Assembly: GCA_951406725.2 (NCBI GenBank)
Contig: OX597816.1
Coordinates: forward strand, 165,850,001-165,914,000
Source of the DNA: Octopus vulgaris
Lineage: Eukaryota
Direction: 5' to 3'
DNA: 64,000 bases
The translations under genes were made by a program, and so were the position numbers. Shown one piece after another: positions 12,534-26,879 of the stretch (the first letter of the stretch is position 1; each line of letters opens with the position of its first letter). The notes beneath the pieces are model-generated. The model was given only the letters and a program-made list of their open reading frames with translations, had not been told where the DNA came from and did not search any database.

Positions 12534-13140
12534 CATTGGTTCTCAACCATTTCTTTTTCCTGTGGACTCCTTTGATTCATGTTTCACTCGGATGGACCCA
12601 CATAATCATTTGACGTTTAAAAATTCCTTTTGTATTTTTATAATTAAATATTCTTTTATTTGTTTCAGTCGTTTGACTGCGACCATACTGGAGCACCGCC
12701 TTTTAGTCGAAGAAATCGACCCCAGAACTAATTCTTTGTAATCCTGGTGCTTATTCTAACGGTCTCTTGTGCCGAACCACTAAGTTACGGGGACGTAAAC
12801 ACACCAGCATCGGTTGTCAAGCGATTGTGGGCGGACAAACACAGACACAAAGGCACATACATAAATATATACATATATGTAAATACGACGGGCTTCTCTC
12901 AGTTTACGTCTACCAAATCCACTCACAAGACTTTGGTTGGCCTGAGGCTATAGTAGAAGACACTTGCCTTTGTGGTTAGGAAGCAAGCTTCTTACCCCAT
13001 ATCCACGCCTGCGCCTATATTATTGGGAATTTAAAAAAAAATTGACGCATTTCGTGTAGTGTAGAAATATAATCGATTTATTGCGCATAAATTTTACCAG
13101 CAAAATCTTAACCCCAAAGGGTCATGTGGATCCGGTTGAG
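12534..13140. mobile_element. hAT-like MITE interrupted by a SINE-A (12652-13017, minus)
   Basis: cattggttctcaacc left end; ggatccggttgag partial right end; SINE-A in between. Confidence 0.55.
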
Positions 13141-13191
13141 TTTTAAGGTGTGTGCAGGAAAAAGATAAATTAACTAAATGTCAAGTGCAGG

Positions 13192-13251
<60 letters not shown>

Positions 13252-14119
13252 GTGTGAAAAAAATAAGGACAGATGGTGGGGGCATAAGACAGGCTCGAGT
13301 AAAAGAAAGTAGCAGCTTTTCGTTGTATTTTTTAGTTAGGAGGAAAGGTACTAGCCATGACACTTTACGGTACCACCAAGACTGGTGAGAAGGAGGGAAA
13401 GGAAGGAGAAAGATATCCTCAAACCGGAAGCCTCGATCGGATCAACTAGAACCCTCGTCGTCGTAACCGACGGAGTGTCACGATTCTGTTATACCAAGAA
13501 ATGTTACACAGCCCGATAAAGTAAAATCTAGCGAAATATGCCCTAAACATCTTCACAAATATAGCTGTACGCTAGTTCTTCCTAATTTCTCAAGGGCGAT
13601 GACACACTTTTGCTTAACTAAAAATAAAACGAATCGAATCGCTCTAAATATACTTATTCAGCGAAACGCTTTCAAATAGAACAAGTTCGAGATCACGTGG
13701 GAGTAAGCATGACTAGAAAAAAAAGATAATCAGTATTTAATTGTGATTAAGGAAATTTAGCTAATGAAAAGATAAAGTATTCTAACCAGAGAGAATTTCA
13801 CGACACACCTGTATAACACCTGTGTAATGTCATCAGACAGTCGCACAATTTAAAAAAAAAACACCTGCATAATTTTACTATTCACATATGCTTTTACTAC
13901 ACACAGTACTCTTTTTACTTGTTTGACTGCGGCCGTGCTGGGGCACCACCTTGAAGAATTTTATCCACTGAATCGGATCCAGTATTTTGTTTTGTTTATG
14001 ACTGGTATTTATCCTAACGTTCTCCTTTTGCCTAATCGCTAGATTACAGGGACGTAAACATACCAACACCGTTTGTCAAGCGGTGGTGGGGAACAGACAT
14101 ATACATGTACATGCGCGTA

Positions 14120-14174
<55 letters not shown>

Positions 14175-14459
14175 GTTTGTTACTGTTCTTATTCTAACTT
14201 ATGCCCATTGTCAGGAAATCTTTCGTCACACATCTGTGACCTCTTCAGCGACACTTTCCGTTCTCGTGTATGCTCTTGCTGCGCTTAGTCCATTCTGTTT
14301 TTCTATGATGTGTATCCTGCATCACGGAATTTTGTCAATGAACAGGTCGCAGTTCCAAAGCGATGAAAATATTTTGACAAATTAAATTTAAATGTTGAAG
14401 TGAATCTAACGGTTTTTGTGTGTTTTCAAATGGCTTATAAACACCTTCCACGCTGCAAT

Positions 14460-14512
<53 letters not shown>

Positions 14513-14525
14513 TTATAATATACAT

Positions 14526-14712
14526 AAAGCATCAGAAATATAACAAAAGCTGTTACTCAGAGTTTCACGTTCCCGTTCGTCGGACGGGAACGTGAAACTC
14601 TGAGTAACAGCTTTTGCTATATTTCTGCTGCTTTTAAATAAAGTATATTACTCTACCTCTGGTATTTGAGTACTCTTTTTTCCACCTTGTTTCACATTTA
14701 TGTGCTTACTCC

Positions 14713-14713
<1 letters not shown>
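14526..14713. mobile_element. Naiad pLTR fragment folded back at its HHR (hairpin 14526-14634)
   Basis: ~50-bp arms around tcgtcgg; minus strand CCGACGA-acgggaacgt-GAAACTCTGAGTA-acag; homologous to 33347-33420; (TA)n flanks. Confidence 0.82.
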
Positions 14714-14761
<48 letters not shown>

Positions 14762-14971
14762 CTGTTTTGGAACGATGAATCTCGAAGCAGTTAAACCTAG
14801 AAATAATAACCTGTAAATATTGCATTTAAAAATTATACAGTCTGAATATTTCTACGCTATTATTTCTAGCTCTATCTTCGTAAAAAATCTTATTTCACTT
14901 ACTCGAAGTTTCTAAATTCTTGTGGGGTGGGGGCGTGTGTGCGCCTGTGTGTGTTCGTGTATGTGTTTGTC

Positions 14972-15002
<31 letters not shown>

Positions 15003-15124
15003 CTGTCTGTCTCTGTGTCTGTGTCTGTGTTTGTCCCTCATCACCGCTTGACAACCGGTGTTGGTGTGTTTACACACACATATATAGTTGATATAGTCGT
15101 CAGAAAAAATAAGTTCTGGTGAAA

Positions 15125-15348
15125 GGCGGCGAGCTGGCAGAATCGTTAGCACGCCGGGCGAAATTCTTAGCAGCATTTCGTCTGCCGCTACGTTCTGAGT
15201 TCAAATTCCGCCGAGGTCGACTTTGCCTTTCATCCTTTCGGGGTCGATTAAATAAATACCAGTTACGCACCGGGGTCGATGTAATCGACTTAATCCCTTT
15301 GTTTGTCGCCTCTACGTTTAGCCTCTTTTAGGCAATAAAGAAATAAGA
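15125..15348 (+). mobile_element. SINE family B inserted into a SINE-A tail
   Basis: ggcggcgagctggcagaatcgttagc...gagttcaaattcc...aataaagaaata; host tail resumes at ~15350. Confidence 0.82.
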
Positions 15349-16089
15349 AAAAATAGGTTCTGGTATCGATTCATTCGACTAAAAATTCTGCAAGGTGGCA
15401 CCTCAGCAAGGCCTGGGTCTTATGACTGAAGCAAGCAAAAGATAAAAGATATGTGTAAGTATGTATGTGTGTGTGTGTGTGTAAATCCACACAATAAATG
15501 CGATCAGTTACATCAAAGGGATGATGCTTCAAAGATCTACTCGAATTACGAAGCGTATTTCTCCTCCTTTCATCCAACACTAAAATATCAAACCAACTCA
15601 ACTGAACAGAGATGCAGATATTAAACAGACGTTCTACTTAGTCTTTTGCTGATTTTGTATTCTCTCTTTCCGCTATTCCACGAAAGAAAAAAAAACCAAA
15701 AATAAAATAAAGTAAAATGTCCTAAAATTTTCATCAAACACATCACAAAGTTAAATTCTTCGAGCATTTACATCACAAATCGATCCAGCTTTTAAATAAA
15801 ACATACCCTAGATTATTTCGCTAATAATAGAATTATAGATCAAATAGCTTTCTCTTCAGAAAAATAAGCATTCAGGTCTTAAATTAGCATAGACTTACAT
15901 CTCTAGAATTTGTTGTCTTCTGTCAAAAACAACCCCATCTTAAATTAACATATTTTCTTCTCTATTATTATTCGCATTAGCATTTTCCTGTCTAACTTTT
16001 CCTTCTTTCTATCGTTTTATTTTAATCAGCCATTTGCTTCTCTTTCTTATCGATTTTGTCGTTTGATATATCGATATACTTTTTACCTT

Positions 16090-17450
16090 TTTGAGTTAGT
16101 TGTCGTCTTACGTTAGTTGTTTTATAGTATAAGCCTTGGTTTTTACCGCAGATACTTTAGAAGTCAATGTCGGAATGTCAGTGCGTATGTCTTTAAAATT
16201 AACTGGAATTCTCTTTATATCTGATGATATATCTTAATATGATAGCTGTGCAGTTTGATGCTCCGATACTGCTAGGTATTTTTGTAACGCTACTTATATC
16301 TTCGGGTAGTGCGATCGAGTCGGTCAATTTCCACTCGTATCCATTTCAGAATGGGTGTACTGTAACGAACTACAACAGACCATATATTGATAGCAGTCAC
16401 AAACTTCTTTGCATTGAGTTTTGAATTCAACAGAAATTTGAGGCGCTTCAGATATGCAGCGGTGGCCTTGTCTTTCACTTCTCAGAAACCCAAGGTACTT
16501 GGTTCCACCACCAACTGCATCTCCTATTCGCTCTCTGTTTGGCAATTCTATGCCCCTACAATCTACTCTTTCCTCCCCCGTATTAAAATAAGCATCGCAC
16601 ACTTTGAGGTCTCGAATTCCATTCCTATATCCTTATTGCACATTTGTTCTGTCTCAACCAGCCTCTCCATTCCAGACTATGTTTTTGCGAACAGTTTTAT
16701 ATCATTCATGAACAGAAGGTGGTTGAGACGAGGTCCATTCTTCCTCAGCCCATAGTCCGCTTTGAATTTGCGTAGAACTATAAGGAGTGGGATCAACGCT
16801 ACAACAAATAGCAAAGGTGTAGTAGAATTTGCCTGGAAGATACTTCTTTTGATTGTTACCTCGGCTAAGTGCTGGTTCTTACAGAAAAGACATGTTTCCA
16901 ACTGTTCTTAATCATGCACGCACATTCTCATCTACTCCATACATGCCAAGCGCTTCCAGGATCCACGAATGCAGCAACATATCGTAAGCCTTTTTAAAAT
17001 CCATCCAGGCCATGCACAAGCTGTTTTGGTATCATTTGCAATTCTTCATTACAACCTTGTCTATCACAAGGTGGTCTTTGGCGCCCTTATATCTTTCCGG
17101 CATCCATTTTGTTCTACTTGAAGTAGATTATTTTCCGCAAGGAAACGTGTATATTTTCCCCTACCAGTATGCCTGTTAACACTTTCATTAAAGGTTAAGA
17201 CAAGCAATTGCCAACCTCATCGCTCTCTGACCGCTGTTTCAACAACAATGTTGTCTTTCCCTTTACCATCCATTTCGGAATCGTACTATTTTGTAGGCAG
17301 TCGTGAAATTTCAAACCAATTTGTCCGTGTCTTGACCTAAATCACTTCAGGCAGAAGCCTCAAGTTTCGTCTTGCCTTGCCGTTCTCCATTTTGGCAGTT
17401 TCGATACCTGTGACATTACATCGTCCGTTGTTATGGACTCATGACTCTAC
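16090..17450 (-). pseudogene. Decayed R4/Dong-clade LINE reverse transcriptase
   Basis: KDHLVIDKVVMKNCK, CMAWMDFKKAYD, KRSIFQ...PLLFVVALIPL, LNHLLFMNDIKLFAK, KYLGFL, SKLNAKKFVTAINIW; stops and frameshifts. Confidence 0.88.
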
Positions 17451-17883
17451 TTGGGGCCTCAAGTAGATTGGTTAAAATTGCCGAAATGCTCGAAATTAAA
17501 GACGAAATATCTTACAACCTATATAATTTTCTCAATAAAGCCAAGAGAAAATGATGTTTTATAAACACATTCTACAAGTATACGAAGTTTAAAACTTTTT
17601 AGTTACCTAGAAATTATGTTACAAAGTGCCGTTCAAAAGGAAAAGATCCGAGATTTTCATGTAAAGGGTCAACCTATTTACAACAATAGCTCTAATTTGG
17701 TTGCCAGCCAAAACTTAAGGACGTCAAGTTCGCCTTGTCACTTGCTGTAGGACTCCCACAGACGCAGAGGTTGCACCAGCTCATGCAGAGTAGAGGTGGC
17801 ACCAATTTCCTGAACTGTTCATGTGAACAGCCGAATGCACAATTACATTATCCGATGTGTCCTTTCTCTTAGATGTTAGGTGC

Positions 17884-17940
<57 letters not shown>

Positions 17941-18142
17941 TTCGCTTTCTGACAAGCTGACTGAGTTCTCAGAGAATCCATTGCTAACTTTTTATCTCCT
18001 TCGGTGGATAAGTTCGGGGTACAAAAGTCAAGGGAAATCACTATCACTATTATAAATCACTGTTATTATCCTTACTGTTAGTCTTTTTACCTTGTGTAGT
18101 CATGGTAACAGTGTTGTTGTTATCATCGTTGTTATTACTGTA

Positions 18143-18468
18143 AAGGTGCATAGCTCAGTGAGCGTCGAGCTCACAGTCATAAGGGCTGTGTGTTGAGTTC
18201 TTGAGCAAGCCACTTTATTTCACGTTGCTCCAGTTCACTCAGCTGTAGAAATGAGTTGCGACATCACAGGTGCCAAGCTGTGTCGGCCTTTGCCTTTCCC
18301 TTGGATAACATTGTGGGATGGCGAGGGAAGGCTGGTATGCATGGGCGACTGCTGGCCTTCCATCAACAACCTTGCCCGGACTTGTGCCTCGGAAGGGAAC
18401 TATATAGGTGCAATCCCATGGTCATTCATGCCTGAAGGGGATCTTTACCCTTTATGTACGTATGTATT

Positions 18469-18500
<32 letters not shown>

Positions 18501-18905
18501 TGTATGTATGTATGTATGTATGTATGTATGTATGTATGCGTGTATGTATGTATGCATGCATGTGAAGTTGCATGGTTCTGTGGTTAGAGCGTCAGGATCA
18601 CAATCACAAGGGAGACACTTTGATTCGCAGACCGGGCTATGTGTTGTGTTCTTGAGCAAGACACTTTATTTCACGTTGATCCAGTCCATTCAGCTGTTGA
18701 AATGAGTTGTGACATCACTGGTGCCAAGCTGTATCGGCCTTTGCCTTCTCCCTTGGATAACACTGGTGGCGTGTAGAGGGGAGGCCGGTATGCATGGGTG
18801 ACTGCTGGACTTCCATAAACAGCCTTACTCAGACTTGTGCCTCGGAGAGGAACTTTCAAGGTGCAATCCCATGGTCATTCATGGCCGAAGGGGATCTTTA
18901 CCCTA
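18143..18905 (+). mobile_element. Two tandem SINE-C copies (alternative tail) separated by (TATG)n
   Basis: 18143-18452 and 18563-18905 share ttgagcaag...ggtgccaagctgt...gggatctttaccc. Confidence 0.8.
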
Positions 18906-19132
18906 TTACTGTTACACTATGTGTTGTTGCTAATGTTGCTGTTATTGTTTTTTGTCTTTGGCTGGACTACTTTCTGTAGCCACAGAAGAAAAAGGGGGTG
19001 GGGATTAGCAAATTATAGTTGTCGTTGTTGTTATTGTGACTTCCTGTGTTGTTGTGGTTATTTTTGTCTAAGTTATCTAATGTAGCCGTAGCAAAGGGAT
19101 TGGCATTTGCTTGCTTTACAGTTGCCTGTAAA

Positions 19133-19180
<48 letters not shown>

Positions 19181-19962
19181 CAGCAGCAGCAGCCGCAGTA
19201 GTGGTAGTAGCAGCAGTAGTAGTAATAGTAGTAGTAGTTGTAGCAGCAGCAGTAGTAGCCGTTTCCAAACTGAAAAATGTATGTTTTACTGGTTGCTTAA
19301 ATAGTAAAAGATTTTTTCTTACAAGTATACATACAAAAACTATACACAAAAAGGGGAAAGAATATTTTAAAAAATGGAAATGGGACATGAAAGACGGATC
19401 TACAGAGAAACATTTCATTCCCTTCTTACAGACCATCATCAAAATGGAGACCAAAGCAGAACTCCAGAAACGGATATCCACGGATCAATAAGTAAATATA
19501 TATATGTTTACTTATGTTTCAAAAAATTTTTAGTTGTTTGTACTTACCAAATCTAAACATTGATACTCAAATATTTTTTTCATAATCGAATCTAGAGTAT
19601 TCCCTTCGGTTCTTTGATTTCTGAGAGTTTGGTAAAGTAATTGGTTTTGCAATAACGCAATTAAGAAAATGAGATAAATTTTTATTACGTAGTTGTTTTG
19701 CCCTAGGTCACTCCCGATCAAGTAGATTTACAATCAAAACATTGACCATTCTGCATTTTTTTATTTTTTATTCTTACTCATATTTGGGTACAGGGATGGG
19801 TGTTTGGCTAAGAATTTACGCTTTTCATCAGGTGGTTTTAGGTTCAGTTCCACACCATAGCACCTTTGTCAAGTGTTCGCCCACTATCGCCCCTGACCGA
19901 CCAATGCCAAGTGTATGAATTTAGTAGACTGAAACTTTGTGGAAACCCAGCGATTACATGTT

Positions 19963-20014
<52 letters not shown>

Positions 20015-20411
20015 TTTGTGTGTGTATGTGTCTTTGTGTGTGTATGTGTCTTTGTGTGAGTGTGTGTCCTTGTGTGTGTGTGCGTATGTGTGCGTGCGTA
20101 TGTGTGCGTGCGTATGTGTGCGTGCGTGTGTGTGTGTGGCTCAAAATTGTACAAAAAGCAAAATAGAAAGGATGGATAAGAGAACAACACAGTGTATTAG
20201 TTTAACACTCAGGAAAAATGGAAGAAGTCATTGATATTTTGAGCCTAGCCTCTTCTACAGAAAGGAATGAGAAGAGAAAACAAATTGAGACGATAAAAAG
20301 GGGAGAAGAAAAATACGTAAACGTGCATGTATACACACACACCCATACGTACACACACACACACACACACGCACGCACACACACACACACGCGCGCACAC
20401 ACACATATGTA

Positions 20412-21196
20412 CTGGTCTGATAAATAAGTATAGGGGCTGTTGCCATAATAACGAAGCTAAAGCACACAGAATGAAGTTCCCTTAACTCTGCTGGGCATGT
20501 GCTCTAAATTTTAATGCTCTAGCTCACTTCTGCTGTTTACAGCAATGCTTGGAAGGAAGGTGTGTAGTATGTGATCGTCGCATTGACCATGACGGAGAAG
20601 CTTGAGCAGAGAATCTGCATCAAATCTTGCCAAAAGCTTGGCGATACCTGCTCAGAGGCCTATGCAAAGTTTTAAAAAAGTTTTCATCGTTCTCGACACA
20701 ATCATAGAACTCGTGTAATTGAACGAGTGTTGTTTTGGTTAACAGAAAGCAGTTTTGGCGCAAACTTGGCAGACACGCGCCTCATACTCAAATCTTCAGT
20801 GATAATGGACTGAACTGAACGGTAACTAATTTGCACATCCTCTGATAACTCGCGGATGGTGATTCGACGATTTCCTCTCTCAGCTGCACGCATAGCTGCG
20901 ATGTTTTTCTCAGTTCTGCTGGCTGCGGATCTCCCAGAACGTTCGTCAATATCGACGACATTTTTCGGCCATCTTGGAAACGTCCGAACCACTCTTTATC
21001 ATGGTCAATACGACGATCACACGTTACGCGAGTTCCTTCCGAGCTTTGCTGTAAACAGCGGAAGAGAGCTAGAATGTTAAAACTTTGTGCGCATTCACAA
21101 CAGAGTTCATGGTCAATATGTGTCCAGCGGCTTTACTCTGCGTGCTTTAGCTTCGTTACTATGGCAATAATTCGGATACTTATTGATCAGACCTCA
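20412..21196. mobile_element. Mariner derivative made of two inverted 5' ends
   Basis: TA-flanked TIR ggtctgatMaataagta; plus strand MTEKLEQRICIKSCQKLGDT; minus strand DERSGR...NRRITIRELSEDVQISYRSVQSIITEDLSMRRVSAKFAPKLL. Confidence 0.85.
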
Positions 21197-21570
21197 TATA
21201 TGCTTATTTAGCCTACCGCTTGACACTTGCTGTCGGTCAGTTTACGTAGACATAACGTAGCAGTTCAACAAGGAGACCGACAGAATATGTGCCAGACCGA
21301 AATTAATTACTGGGGTCGATTTGGTTGAGTACACTCTTCATTGCAGTGCCCCAGCATGGTCATAACCTAATGACGGCCAGAAGTAAAAACTAAAATATAT
21401 AACCAGAGACTGTATTGCCTTATAGCCTTCTCTTTTGTAAGATAGTATGGTATGATTTGAGGGAAATTTGTATATCAAGGGGTCTGAGCGACCAGGTAAA
21501 GGTTTCCTCTTTAGCTCATGTTTTGCCCGTTGTACACCAATGTTTTTATTTTTAATATAGACAGACTATA

Positions 21571-22050
<480 letters not shown>

Positions 22051-22174
22051 GACTCATATGTTATGCAAAAGCCATTTTGAGTTTTCAAATTACTTTGTTT
22101 TTTGGTGTTTTTCTTTCGTCGGGTTTAGCGGTTCTGAATTAGAAAACCTTTCTTCATTAGGAAACTGCATTAAG

Positions 22175-22945
22175 ACGGCGAGCTAACAGAATCATCTGTA
22201 CCCGAGTAAAAATGTTTAGTGACATTTTGTCCGTCTTTACGTTTTGAATTCAAATTCCGCCGGGAGTGATATTACCTATCATCCTTTCGAGGTCGGTAGA
22301 ATAAGGCGGCGAGCTGGCAGAAACGTTAGCACGCCTGGCAAAATGCTTAGCTATATTTCGAGGTAGATTAAATAAGTACCAGTTACGCACTGGGATCGAC
22401 TTAATTCGTTTGTCTGTCCATGTTTGTCCTTTCTGTGTTTAGCCCCGTGTGGGTAATAAAGAAATAGGCATTTCGTCTGCCGTTACGTTCTGAGTTCAAA
22501 TTCCGCCGAGGTCGACTTTGCCTTTCATCCTTTCGGAGTCGATAAATTAAGTACCAGTTATGTACTGGAGTCGATGTAATCGACTTAATCCGTTTGTCTG
22601 TCCTTGTATGTCCTCTCTATGTTTAGCTCCTTGTGGGTAGTAAAGAAATAAGAATAAGGACCAGCTGATGACTAGAGTCGATGAAATCGACTTAATCAGA
22701 AATTACTGGCTTTGTGTTAATTATGATTATTATTAAGGTTGCAAGCTGGCAGTATCTTTAGCATGCCGGTCAAAATGCTCTGCAGCATTTCGTCCGTTTC
22801 TACATTCTGAGCTCAAATTCCACCGAGGCCGACTTTGCCTTTCGGGACCGATAAAATAAGTACCAGTTGTGCACTCGGCCAATGTAATTGACTATCACTT
22901 CTCCCGAAATTTCTGGCCTTGTGCCAAAATTAGAAACCAATATTA
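22175..22945 (+). mobile_element. Nested and tandem cluster of SINE-B
   Basis: Three ggcgagctggcag-like heads and four gttcaaattcc-like B-boxes. Confidence 0.8.
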
Positions 22946-23259
22946 GGAAGCTGCATTGTTTGAGGCCAGTGCCTAGAATTTGAACCGTCATATATTAGCA
23001 ATTAATTAGCGATTAATCAAAATAATTAGATCATTAAGATTATGCATTGACTGCATCTGGATACGAATTCACGGTCTGTAAGCAAACTATTAGCGATTGG
23101 GATTACTATTCTTGTTGAAGATTTCAACCTATTTTCCACTCCATCGGTCACATACATGAAGAATATTAGCTATTAGGCTGACTATGTGCAAGCATGCATG
23201 CCTGCATGCTTGTATGTATGTATGGATGGATGGATGTATTATGTATGTATGAATGTCAG

Positions 23260-23960
23260 TGTTCAGTTTTATTTCCAGATTTTTCGTCAATAGAGAAAGA
23301 ACCGGCTTTTAACCTAGATTCAAGGCTCCTTCATTGAAATTTCAACATCAACAACAGGGTATTGTAGTTCCTCTGTACGTACGTACGTATGTATGTATGT
23401 ATGTATGTATGTATGTATGTATGTATGTATGTATGTATGTATGTATGTATGTATGTGTACAGATTTGTATGTTTTGCTGTGTGTATGTATTCTCATGCAT
23501 ATAGTTGCATATCTAGATATGCTCATATATATTTAAATGATAAACTTCTGGAAAGTTTGCTCATATACATTTACATTATAAACTTCTGGAAAGTTTTACA
23601 TATTTTTACAGTTCCAGTGATGGATTGGATCAGTAGTCTTCAAATAAGCTTTCTCCTTTCTGGTTTTGAGAAGCCTAATTTCTCACGATTGGTATTTAGG
23701 CAGTGTGTTACATATCCCAGGGCCCCAATAATTATAGGTATACATCTGAACTTGTAATCTGGAAAGAGTGACAGCAGATTTCTCAATAGTTCAGCATAGG
23801 TGTTTTCTTTTTCACTGATCTTCAGCTTTATGTTAACATCCACTGGGAAGCCGTGCACAATTTCTCTTCTCTATCCCAAACCATTATATCAGGTCTGTTG
23901 TGCTTACATCTTATTGAGGTCTTCACTGTGACATTCCACCAGTACTCCTTTTTATTATGA
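23260..23960 (-). mobile_element. RLE-type LINE 3' end (restriction-like endonuclease) within (TACA)n
   Basis: EYWWNVTVKTSIRCKHNRPDIMVWDREEK...PVDVNIKLKISEKENTYAELLR...IPIIIGALG (PD..D..K endonuclease motif). Confidence 0.82.
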
Positions 23961-24221
23961 GCGGCTGTATGTATGTATGTATGTATGTATGTATGTATGT
24001 ATGTATGTATGTATGTATGTATTTATGTATGTATGTATGTGTGTATGTATGTATGTATGTATGTATGTATGTATGTATGTATGTATGTATGTATGTGTGT
24101 ATGTATGTATGTATGTATGTATGTATGTATGCATGCATGCATGTAAATGGATAGATAGATATAAGATATATGTATGTGTAGAAAGATAGATGTGAAGGTG
24201 CATGGCTCAGTGGTTAGGGCG

Positions 24222-24600
24222 TCGATCCACCGACCGACCGACTGACTGACTACTTTAGCACCTAAAGAGATTCCTCGGAGTTACTCCCGCCGCCGTTTGC
24301 TCGCGTTTCTCGATTTCGTGCGCCGACCGACCGGCCGCACTCGTACTCGATACTGCTGCCGACGACCGAGAAATCGCTTCGGCCGTCCGCCTCTTGCCTC
24401 GTCGATAACACACGGACACACACACTCCTCCTCTCGGTCGTGACTGACTACTACTGAGACCGATCCACCGACCGACCGACTGCGGCCGTCCGCCTCATGC
24501 CGCTTCGTTGATAACACACGGATATACACTCGTACTCTCGGTCGTGGCCGACTACTACTGAGACCGACCGACCGACCGACTACTTTAGCGCTTAGAGAGT
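24222..24600. repeat. GC/CpG-rich internally repeated insert inside a SINE head
   Basis: Duplicated ~100-bp unit cggccgtccgcctc...gataacacacgga...ctactactgagaccga plus (ccga)n, lying between a SINE-C A-box (~24205) and B-box (~24610). Confidence 0.7.
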
Positions 24601-24888
24601 GAGGTTGTGAGTTCGATTCCCGGACCGGGCTGTGTGTGTTTGTGTGTCTGTGCTTGTACCCCAACATCGCTTGACAACTGATGCTGGTGTGTTTAAGTCC
24701 GCGTAACCTAGCGTTTCGGCAAAAGACACCGATAGAATAAGTACTAGGCTTACAAAGAATAAGTCCTGGAGTCAATTTGCACGACTAAAGGCGGTGCTCC
24801 AGCATGACCACAGTCAAATGACTGAAACAAGTAAAAGAGTATTATTATTATTATTACTTTTATCATTATTATTATTATTATTATTATT

Positions 24889-25406
24889 GAGTGAGAGAGC
24901 AGTGCATGCCATCAAAGTGACACTGGGGTAAAATATACGAAGCCCAATATACCCATCATGACTACCCGTCTGATAAGGGTACACCAGGCACATGCATCAC
25001 AACCATATGTGCGCGACATGGTGATCTCATATCAAGATAAACAGCACATGACCTTGCAGGTGGGGCCCAGTTAGAATTTTCTTCAGGTTGAGTAGCCCAT
25101 CCTGCTCAAAAGGTCCCTGAATAAGGGTTGTTTAAGGATGTTGAAAGAACCACCCATGTTTCCAGAGGTGAATTATTCAAACCCCAAAGAATCCCTCTCA
25201 ACACATGTCTATGATGCTCCCCCACTACTTCTGCTCGTGATCAGAGATGCACATATCGTCAGCCACTAAGGGACATGCTCAACTGGTTATGGTCAAACAA
25301 CTGACAAGCAAATCTGTGGTATTGAGCAGAATATTTGCTGTAGGCCATCTTTTATACCAAGACAAAACAATGTACATGATAACACTTCCAATCAGTTAAG
25401 ATCAGA
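24889..25406. mobile_element. ~520-bp non-coding insert within (TAA)n; possible 3' UTR of a Dong-like LINE
   Basis: Sharp boundaries against (ATT)n on both sides; balanced GC; no ORF in the track. Confidence 0.5.
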
Positions 25407-25486
<80 letters not shown>

Positions 25487-25497
25487 CTATATTTATA

Positions 25498-25697
25498 TAG
25501 TCAATTCAAATATACGAAGAATTGAAAAAAAAACCAACGTGAAGACGTGCACAGGAAATGTGTCAGCTTGACGCTCAGTGGAAGAAGAGAGTTTGACGTT
25601 TCGAGTATAGCTCTTTGTCGGAAAAAAGAAAGGGAAAAGGGAAAAGTCTAAAGTTGAAAAAGGAAATCACCAACGGCACACGTGTAGTTACATTGCT
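25498..25697 (-). mobile_element. Degenerate H1 element
   Basis: Minus strand ttCCGACAAagagctatactcGAAACGTCaaac; colinear with 7703-7905. Confidence 0.65.
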
Positions 25698-25702
25698 GAA
25701 TG

Positions 25703-26212
25703 CGAGATCTGATCAAAAAGTATCAACACTGAAAACTACAACACATATCAATTCAGCGTTTAATCTTTTTCGAATTAGTCCCTTTATGCAGCCATACACT
25801 TTATCCAGTGTTGCTTCCATGGGTGAAAGCATAGCTGGCACTTTTTGAGGATAGTGAGCAGCTGTTTTGTTGCAATCTCTTGGAGTTCCTCGACATCTTG
25901 AAATCTTGTTGGGGCCTTCCACTCTGAAGACTGAATCTTGGTTTCGGGGCATAGCCATTGCTTCACAATTCATAACTAAGGCCCAGTCTTTACTGTGAAA
26001 AACTCCACCAAGGTTTCAAGAATCGAGGAAATTCAAGAGAATGCAACGATGCAGCTGTTAGCAGTCTCAAAAAGAAGTTCCAGGAATTCTTCCTTCGATG
26101 GAAACGACGCTTTAGAAGTGGACTACACCGAAAGAGACTAACTATCGAATTGATATCTACTGTAGTTTTGTTTTTATGAAATCACTTCCGATGCTGTTTT
26201 GGTCAGACCTTA
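25703..26212. mobile_element. Old mariner MITE made of two 3' ends
   Basis: cgagatctgatcaaaaagta / ttttggtcagacct; minus RFQDVEELQEIATKQLLTI; plus IEEIQENATMQLLAV. Confidence 0.72.
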
Positions 26213-26702
26213 AATACATTTTCACACAATTAAATAGGAATGCAATTTGCGACACAAAAAGCTTCCATGTTTTACACGGTCATTTACGTGACACTAATAA
26301 AGTTAGGCAGATAATAATGGCATTTTCCTGTAGCTAATCCTTTACTGTCCTTATATTATTCATCATCATGGTCTAAACTGGTGTATGTTGTGCGTCTACT
26401 ATTGAAACGTCCGTCAGCCAGTGAGATGCCGGAGGTTTATTTTGCTGCACCCTATATATATTTCCAGGCAAATTCAATTATTTAGAGGCTATCAGACGTC
26501 GTAAGCACGATGCCCATGACTTAATTAATTGAACATGAAGTTTTCTAATGGAATTTGGGAAGCTGATGATGTATTAATGTAACTTGGGAAGCTGATGGTG
26601 TATTAATGTGACTTCCGTTCCACTGTGACAGTCTGTCACAGTGGAATGGAAGTATTTACGTTGGTTAAGACGAAGGAAGATCCAATAGCTTCCAATATAA
26701 CA

Positions 26703-26879
<177 letters not shown>

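Noticed and set aside
24222-24600. CRISPR-like repeat-spacer array or 164-aa Arg-rich ORF
   Set aside because: Irregular degenerate units, no unique spacers, eukaryotic context; the ORF runs through SINE sequence
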